60,657 nucleotides of DNA from an uncultured Gammaproteobacteria bacterium (GTDB lineage: Bacteria; Patescibacteriota; Microgenomatia; Daviesbacterales; UBA10151), in assembly GCA_964489875.1 (NCBI GenBank), contig CAZAZW010000001.1, positions 116,062 through 176,718 of the forward strand. The letters are read 5' to 3'. How positions within the stretch are numbered: position 1 is the stretch's first letter; each line of letters begins with the position of its first letter. The notes beneath the pieces are model-generated. The model was not told the origin of the DNA and ran no database searches. It saw nothing but the letters and a program-made list of their open reading frames with translations. The position numbers and the translations under genes are program-made. Shown piece by piece: positions 54,498-60,657 of this stretch.

Positions 54498-56921
54498 TTA
54501 AGCTATATAAACCGGAGGGGGGACCGGGAGTCTTTTGCGGGAAGCCGGTTGAGGAGGCCTGATTAAAGCAACTCGCAGTACATCATCCATGTGTTTGGCA
54601 AAAACAAACTTTAGATCTTTTTGCACAAAATCAGGAATGTCTTCCAAATCTTTTTCATTATCAGCCGGGGAAATTATTGTTTTTACTCCAGCCCTATGCG
54701 CTGCCAGAATTTTCTCTTTAAACCCGCCGATTTCTAAAACTCTGCCCCGAAGAGTCACTTCTCCGGTCATAGCTATTTCCTTATGTACCGGAATTTTAGT
54801 AAATGCCGAAACAATAGCAGTAGTTAAGGAAATACCGGCTGACGGACCATCTTTCGGGATCGCTCCTTCCGGAACATGGACATGCACGTCAACTTTTTGG
54901 AAGAACTTCTCCGGCAACCCAAGATCTGCCCAGTGTGATCTAACATAAGACATGGCTGCCTGGCCGGATTCTTTCATTACGTCCCCTAATTGCCCTGTCA
55001 AAATTAGGGTACCTTTTCCGGGCATTAAAGTAACTTCAATAAACAATACTTCCCCTCCCGCCTCTGTCACGGAAAGACCTGTCACCATTCCAATCTCATC
55101 TTCTTTTTCAGCCAAAATCGGCAAAAACTTAATAGGACCCAGGAATTTATGGATATCTTCAGGGGTTATGACAAATTTCTTAACCTTTCCATTACCTTCA
55201 GCTATTTTACGGGCTACTTTTCTGAGGACCGCTGAGGCCTCTCTTTCCAAACTTCTGACTCCGGCTTCCCGTGTATACTCCCTAATAATTGAATAAATTG
55301 CCTGATCTTCAAATTCAAGTTGCTTATCAGTCAACCCGTGATTTTGCAACTGTTTTGGCAGTAAGAATTTTTTGGCAATATGGAATTTCTCATCTTCTGT
55401 ATAACCCGGGTATCTAATAATTTCCAGCCTATCCCTAAGAGCCGGGGGGATAGTATCCAAAATATTGGCGGTGGTAATAAACATCACATTTGAAAGATCA
55501 TACGGCACTTCCAGATAATGATCGGAAAATCCTTCGTTTTGTTCCGGGTCCAGCGCTTCCAAAAGGGCTGCCGACGGGTCACCCCGGTAATCAGCCCCAA
55601 TTTTATCAATTTCATCCAGCATAAAAACCGGGTTCGTGGTAGCTGCCTGCTTGATTCCCTGAATTATCCTGCCCGGCATAGACCCAACATAGGTCCGTCT
55701 GTGTCCCCTAATTTCTGCCTCATCCCGAATCCCTCCCAAAGAAACTTTAACGAATTTACGGTTTAGGGCTCTCGCAATAGACTTACCGATAGAAGTTTTA
55801 CCAGTACCTGGTGGCCCCACAAAACAAAGGATTGGGCCTCTCATCTTACCGGCCAGTTTGTAAACAGCCAAATATTCCAGAATTCTTTCTTTGACTTTTT
55901 TGAGTCCATAGTGATCTTCTTCCAAGATACCTTCTGCTTTTTTTAGCTCAACCCTAGCACGTCTTTCCAATTTCCAAGGCAAATCCGTTAACCATTCCAA
56001 GTAATTCCTAATGTAACCTGCCTCCGGGTTGTAAGAGGACATTTTGGCAAGTCTCCCCAACTCTTTCTTGGCCCGTTCCAAAACCTCTTTTGGCATGCCG
56101 GCATTTTTAATTTTTAGCTCAAATTCCTTAATTTCCTGATGCTCCGTATCTGCGCCACCTAACTCTTCCTCGATGCTTTTCATTTGTTCACGCAATATGG
56201 CTTCTTTGGTCATTTTGGAAACCCGCTCCTGTGTTTGGGAAGAAATTTTCTGAGAAATTTCCAAAATCCTAATCTCTTTTGCCAAAAGTTCGGACAGCCG
56301 TTGCAACCGCTCAGCAGCAGAAACCATCTCTAAAATTTGTTGTTTATCTATAGTTTTAAAATCTATTGCCTGAGCAACAGAATTAACCAATTGGTTGGGA
56401 TCATCACTATAGGTAAAAAGTGACCAATTGGCAAAATTAGCTGAATCGAAGAAAGGATTGCCACCCAGCTCCAGAAAACGCTTGACTTGTTCCCTGACAG
56501 TTCTAACTTGTGCCTCTGTTTGCTCGCTTTTTTCGTAAAGCTCCGGAATTTCTTCTATTTCTGCCTCAAGATATGGATCAACTGTAGTAAAGTTTTTAAG
56601 ATAAACTCTGCTTAACCCTTCTGCCTGCAAAGTATATTCACCTTCAGGATTTTTAACCACCCTTCTTATCAAACACACTGTGCCAACTTTATAAAGATCT
56701 TTTTCGCTGGGATCCTCAATTTTGCTGTTTTTTTGGGTCACAAAAACAATTAACTTATCAGAATTCCATGCTATATCCAGAGCAGCTTTAGATTTTGGTC
56801 TGCCGGAGATAATAGGAACTGAATTGCCCGGAAAAATAACCGTATCGCGAAGGGGCCCCACAGGCATAGTTGGTTTAAGTTTTAGAGGTTCATTCAGGAT
56901 TGGTTTTACAAAATCTGCCAT
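54498..56921 (-). CDS. lon: ATP-dependent Lon protease
   Basis: [26 protein letters not shown] and PKDGPSAG motifs, plus the catalytic Lys region ([10 protein letters not shown]). Confidence 0.97.
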   Translation of the reverse strand: MADFVKPILNEPLKLKPTMPVGPLRDTVIFPGNSVPIISGRPKSKAALDIAWNSDKLIVFVTQKNSKIEDPSEKDLYKVGTVCLIRRVVKNPEGEYTLQAEGLSRVYLKNFTTVDPYLEAEIEEIPELYEKSEQTEAQVRTVREQVKRFLELGGNPFFDSANFANWSLFTYSDDPNQLVNSVAQAIDFKTIDKQQILEMVSAAERLQRLSELLAKEIRILEISQKISSQTQERVSKMTKEAILREQMKSIEEELGGADTEHQEIKEFELKIKNAGMPKEVLERAKKELGRLAKMSSYNPEAGYIRNYLEWLTDLPWKLERRARVELKKAEGILEEDHYGLKKVKERILEYLAVYKLAGKMRGPILCFVGPPGTGKTSIGKSIARALNRKFVKVSLGGIRDEAEIRGHRRTYVGSMPGRIIQGIKQAATTNPVFMLDEIDKIGADYRGDPSAALLEALDPEQNEGFSDHYLEVPYDLSNVMFITTANILDTIPPALRDRLEIIRYPGYTEDEKFHIAKKFLLPKQLQNHGLTDKQLEFEDQAIYSIIREYTREAGVRSLEREASAVLRKVARKIAEGNGKVKKFVITPEDIHKFLGPIKFLPILAEKEDEIGMVTGLSVTEAGGEVLFIEVTLMPGKGTLILTGQLGDVMKESGQAAMSYVRSHWADLGLPEKFFQKVDVHVHVPEGAIPKDGPSAGISLTTAIVSAFTKIPVHKEIAMTGEVTLRGRVLEIGGFKEKILAAHRAGVKTIISPADNEKDLEDIPDFVQKDLKFVFAKHMDDVLRVALIRPPQPASRKRLPVPPPVYIA

Positions 56922-56959
56922 AGGTTTTTCCTATAATTAGCACTTTACTACTACAAGTG

Positions 56960-57493
56960 CTAAAAGTCAATACCCCTTTTTGCTAAAATCCCTTTCTGGT
57001 AAGGGTGTTTTATCTCCTTCATTTCCGTTACCAAATCCGCTAGCGCAATTAATTTCTTTGGCGCATGGTGGCCTGTTAATATTAAATCTAATCCCTTAGG
57101 TTTGTCAGTAATTAACATAACAACTTCTTTAAGTGGCAATAGCTTTGATGAAACTGCGCCTACTATCTCATCAGCTACCACAACATCCCATTTGTTAGAT
57201 TTTACTTCCCTTTTTAATAAGTTTAGTGTATCTAAAGCAGCTTTTTTATGTTCAGTAAGGGGCAGCTTATCCCCTAAAATTTTAACAAACCCCTTACCTC
57301 CCTGGATAAATTTAACAAAAGGAGACAGGAGTTTAACACCAGCAAGTTCACCTGTGTGCCATATTTTACCAAATTGTATTATTAAGCACTTTCTTTCATA
57401 CCCAACAGCCCTAAGCACTAAACCCAAAGCTGCAGTCGTCTTCCCTTTCCCTTCACCGGTATAAATAATAACCAACCCTTTCCCTTCATGCAT
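56960..57493 (-). CDS. cobO: Cob(I)alamin adenosyltransferase (CobA/CobO/BtuR type)
   Basis: YTGEGKGKTTAALG, DVVVADEI, LILTG, ADLVTEM..IKHPY..G..A.RGIDF motifs. Confidence 0.9.
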   Translation of the reverse strand: MHEGKGLVIIYTGEGKGKTTAALGLVLRAVGYERKCLIIQFGKIWHTGELAGVKLLSPFVKFIQGGKGFVKILGDKLPLTEHKKAALDTLNLLKREVKSNKWDVVVADEIVGAVSSKLLPLKEVVMLITDKPKGLDLILTGHHAPKKLIALADLVTEMKEIKHPYQKGILAKRGIDF

Positions 57494-57541
57494 GGGCTCA
57501 TTTTAACACAGGATAGAAGCTAAATATTCGGTCTAACAAAA

Positions 57542-60151
57542 TTAACACATGGAATACCCACAGGAATGACACTTTTTGCAGCCTTCTTCCATGACGAAGG
57601 AAGCGCTGCCGCATTCCGGGCATAAGTCTGCCTGAAGATGAGCTAGAGTATTCACCACCGGATCAGGACTTTCTGTCAGATTCAAAGGTAATGTTTCTAC
57701 AGACTCTTCACTTACAGAAGTCTCTGCCAAATCCTCAGCCAAAACTTTGGCAATAGCATCTGCCAGACTTTGCACCCGATTTTTCCCAAAACCTACAGAT
57801 GATGCCCCTCCAATCCCCCGCAGTTGCCCGACAATTTTTAAAGCCACTGCTTTCGGATCTGTCTCCTTTGCCCCTCTTGCTAACCGGAGAGACAAAGATA
57901 CTAACCTTCCCATCGCTTCCGCATCTGCCATAGTGTGCATTCCGGCCCGTCCCACAGTCACAAATACCTCAAAAGGTTGGCCACTCAAGTCTCTGTTTAC
58001 TGTAATAAAAGCCTCCCCCACTGGTGTCGAAACTTTATAAGTCCGACCCCGAAGAATCATCGGCCGCTCTGCTACCGGAGCTGCCGGATCTTCTTTGCTT
58101 TTGCTCAAACTCGAGGAAACATTTAAAACCTGGGTCGACTTGGAGCCATCCCGGTAAATTGTAATCCCATTGCAGCCCGTTTCATAAGCCATTTTGTAAG
58201 CCAGTGCCACATCGTCACGGGTAGCAGAGTTTGGTAGATTGATAGTTTTGGATACCCCATTATCAGTGTAAGCTTGAAAAGCTGCCTGCATTTTGACATG
58301 CCAGATTGGGTCAATTTCCTGAGCTGTCACAAAGACTCTTTGCCACTCCTCAGGTACGCCGGAAACACCAGTCACCGAACCGTGCTCTAAGACCTTAGCT
58401 GCCAAATCATCAGTATAAAAACCTTCCCGCTTGGCAATATCGGTAAATGTTTGATTGGCAATGGTTAAAATCCGATATTCATCCCCCTTGGCTTTGGCTT
58501 TGTGGATATAGGCCAGGGCAAATACCGGCTCAATCCCGGATGAACAATCACCGATGATAGAAATTGTACCTGTGGGAGCAATAGTGGTAATGGTGGAATT
58601 TCTGATTTTCTTTCTACCTACATAAGCCGCCGACTCGGGCCTATTTTTAAAAGCTTTTGCCTCATGGTCAGCATAAATGGAGCTCTGCCAGTTTGGGAAA
58701 GGACCACGAACGGTTGCCAGCTCCTCTGATTTTTTATGGCCTTCCTCATTTATAAATTTCATTATTTTTTCTGCCAGTTCCAGTGCCTCGTCAGAGTTAT
58801 ACGGAATTTTCAATTTAAAGAGCATATCGGCAAATCCCATCACCCCTAAACCAATTCTCCGGTTTTTGTGTACTTCATCATAAATTTGCTTTAGGGTAAA
58901 GGGATTGGTTTGGACTACATTATCCAAAAAGTGCACTGCCACTTGAGTCACCTTTCTTAAGCCTTCAAAGTCCACACCGGATCCATCTGCTAGAACAAAT
59001 TTGCCTAAATTAATAGAGCCCAGATTACAAGCATCCCAAGGGGCTAGTGGTTGCTCTCCGCATGGATTTGTACTTTCAATAGTTTCCAGCTTTGGGATAG
59101 GGTTGGCAGGGGAATCATTAATCCTGTCAATAAAGATCAGTCCCGGATCACCTGTTTTCCAGGCCCGTTCAATTATCTCATCAAAAACTTCCCGAGCATT
59201 AAGCTTTCCCACCACTTCTCCGCTAGGTGGAATAACCAATTCATAGTCGCTGCCTTCCTCTACTGCTTTCATAAACTTATCAGTGGCAGCCACAGAAATA
59301 TTAAAATTGGCAACTTGCTTATCCAAAAGTAAAGTCTTTACATAGTCTCTTGCGTCGTCATCTGGAAGAAGCGGAGCAATCCGCTCATATACCGGTTTAT
59401 TTAAATCATCTAACTCTGCCTTGCAGCGGATAAATTCCAGGATATCCGGGTGATCTACCCGCAAAATTCCCATGTTGGCTCCCCGCCTGGTACCACCCTG
59501 CTTAATTGATTCTGTCGCCGCGTTAAATACCCGAAGAAATGAAACAGGCCCGGATGCCACACCGCCGGTGGTATTGACAATACTGCCGGCCGGGCGAAGC
59601 CTCGAGAAAGCAAATCCGGTTCCCCCACCTGTTTGATGGATAAGCGCGGCATATTTTATCGAATCAAAGATTTCCGGCAGGGAATCCCCTACAGGGAGAA
59701 CAAAACAGGCTGAATATTGCAAACCGTTTTGCTTGCCTGCATTCATGATAGTAGGGGAATTAGGTAGAAATTCCTGGCGCACCATCATGGTATAAAAAGT
59801 CTTGGCTAACTCGGTAATATCTTTTGGCGATACCCCAAAATCAAAGTCCCCCGAGGCAATGTCATAGGCGATGTGCCAAAACCTCTCAGAGACAGTTTCA
59901 ACCACTTCTAAATTTCCGCCTTTTAACAGGTATCTTTCCTGTAAGATTTTATTAGAACTTTCGGAGAATGTGGGTTCCGGCAAACTAACTGGCATCTCAG
60001 GTATTTTCTTGTAACGGGACTTAAATCTTGTTTCAAAAGTCCGCCCATTTATCCCTAAATCAGTGATTCTATGTTCACCGTTGCTCTTTTTCGGCCTATT
60101 TCTTGGAACGGAAACAACTTGAGATATAGCTTTTGTTTTTTTGTTTTTCAT
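57542..60151 (-). CDS. nrdJ: Class II (adenosylcobalamin-dependent) ribonucleotide reductase with a C-terminal TSCPD-like/zinc-ribbon region
   Basis: PNSPT, SACFV, RRGANMG, TNPCGEQ, CNLGSINL, TIAPTGTIS, DNGVSKTIN, IYRDGS and CPEC...CHSCGYSMC motifs. Confidence 0.95.
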   Translation of the reverse strand: MKNKKTKAISQVVSVPRNRPKKSNGEHRITDLGINGRTFETRFKSRYKKIPEMPVSLPEPTFSESSNKILQERYLLKGGNLEVVETVSERFWHIAYDIASGDFDFGVSPKDITELAKTFYTMMVRQEFLPNSPTIMNAGKQNGLQYSACFVLPVGDSLPEIFDSIKYAALIHQTGGGTGFAFSRLRPAGSIVNTTGGVASGPVSFLRVFNAATESIKQGGTRRGANMGILRVDHPDILEFIRCKAELDDLNKPVYERIAPLLPDDDARDYVKTLLLDKQVANFNISVAATDKFMKAVEEGSDYELVIPPSGEVVGKLNAREVFDEIIERAWKTGDPGLIFIDRINDSPANPIPKLETIESTNPCGEQPLAPWDACNLGSINLGKFVLADGSGVDFEGLRKVTQVAVHFLDNVVQTNPFTLKQIYDEVHKNRRIGLGVMGFADMLFKLKIPYNSDEALELAEKIMKFINEEGHKKSEELATVRGPFPNWQSSIYADHEAKAFKNRPESAAYVGRKKIRNSTITTIAPTGTISIIGDCSSGIEPVFALAYIHKAKAKGDEYRILTIANQTFTDIAKREGFYTDDLAAKVLEHGSVTGVSGVPEEWQRVFVTAQEIDPIWHVKMQAAFQAYTDNGVSKTINLPNSATRDDVALAYKMAYETGCNGITIYRDGSKSTQVLNVSSSLSKSKEDPAAPVAERPMILRGRTYKVSTPVGEAFITVNRDLSGQPFEVFVTVGRAGMHTMADAEAMGRLVSLSLRLARGAKETDPKAVALKIVGQLRGIGGASSVGFGKNRVQSLADAIAKVLAEDLAETSVSEESVETLPLNLTESPDPVVNTLAHLQADLCPECGSASFVMEEGCKKCHSCGYSMC

Positions 60152-60475
60152 CGTAGTGTGTCTATCTCCCTTTTAAAATCTTTTGGGTCAGAAAAGGTAC
60201 GATATACGCTGGCAAACCGCAAATAGGCAATTGAGTCTATTTTCTTTAGTTCTGACAGAACCCATTTCCCCAGATCCTGGGAAGGGATTTCCTGCAAGCG
60301 CTTCTCCCGAATCCGGCCCTCTATTCTATCAAGTATATTCGGAACCTTGTCAATCCCCGGTAAAACGGTTGGCGCACTTTAAACACTCGCGCCGCCTTCT
60401 GATTTCTCCACGGCTATCGACCGATCTTTTATCAACAACTTTGCTTAAATTACTTTGACAAAACGGGCATTTCAC
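60148..60475 (-). pseudogene. nrdR: Transcriptional repressor NrdR with an internal deletion and frameshift
   Basis: GTG-KCPFC...SKVVDKR...[15 protein letters not shown] is followed by GD-stop. The other frame reads PGIDKV...IAYLRFASVYRTF...DTLR-stop, overlapping the nrdJ ATG. Confidence 0.9.
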
Positions 60476-60519
60476 AAAACTAATTGTAGCATAGCATGTT
60501 GATATCTTGAAGTGTCAAT

Positions 60520-60535
60520 ATACAATATATTGTGT
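60520..60535. promoter_or_regulatory. NrdR box
   Basis: ATACAATATATTGTGT matches the acaCwAtATaTwGtgt consensus upstream of nrdR-nrdJ. Confidence 0.8.
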
Positions 60536-60538
60536 GAT

Positions 60539-60655
60539 TTATTGGATAACCACTTTTTGCATCACGTCTCCGATAGCTATCTTTTCTACCACATCCATTC
60601 CGCCGGTGACAGCGCCAAAAATAGTGTAGTTAGGGGGTAGCGGAGTATCTTTTTT
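60539..60655 (-). CDS. Cyclophilin-type peptidyl-prolyl isomerase, C-terminal fragment (runs off the window)
   Basis: KKDTPLPPNYTIFGAVTGGMDVVEKIAIGDVMQKVVIQ-stop. Confidence 0.8.
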   Translation of the reverse strand, partial: KKDTPLPPNYTIFGAVTGGMDVVEKIAIGDVMQKVVIQ

Positions 60656-60657
60656 TA

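Noticed and set aside
57542-60151. Intein or intron in nrdJ; cobalamin riboswitch upstream
   Set aside because: The ORF is continuous, with no C/S...HN splice motifs or LAGLIDADG domain. The upstream space is occupied by nrdR and shows no riboswitch-like sequence.
646-60458. Numerous 60-147 aa alternative-frame and antisense ORFs in the track (e.g. 21289..21732, 42825..43193, 54589..54948, 60183..60458)
   Set aside because: They lie within or opposite well-supported genes and show no recognisable motifs. The 60183..60458 ORF is the antisense shadow of nrdR.

Overview
This is ordinary chromosomal DNA (standard code 11) from a Patescibacteria/CPR genome. The gene set suggests the Microgenomates group, possibly Daviesbacteria; that placement is an inference from the short TsaB, class I LysRS, Pro-rich membrane proteins, leaderless promoters and GT-C expansion. 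The first 39 kb are dominated by a cell-surface glycosylation apparatus: about 12 GT-C-fold membrane glycosyltransferases, three polyprenyl-phosphate GT2 domains (one fused to GT-C, one to GtrA), rmlABCD, galE and a frameshifted gmd. These are interleaved with tsaB/tsaE, prfB, ftsEX-M23, glnA-amtB and nnrD. The rest holds secA, serS, class I lysS, an orphan divergent hisG-like/hisE-like pair, an M49 pseudo-peptidase, greA, tRNA-Glu(CTC), a two-component pair, H+-PPase, lon, cobO-nrdJ, an internally deleted nrdR with an intact NrdR box, and the 3' end of a cyclophilin. The most notable observations are: (1) the orphan, sequence-altered HisG-like/tandem-HisE-like divergon; (2) a circularly permuted M23 peptidase behind ftsEX; (3) a REP/RPE-like palindrome inserted in frame in SecA, with a related intergenic element before prfB; (4) heptamer microsatellites translated inside TsaB and the M23 protein; (5) the nrdR deletion; (6) an unannotated small CxxC ORF. 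I saw no CRISPR array, rRNA, transposase or integrase. All family assignments come from motif recognition by eye, with no database search.
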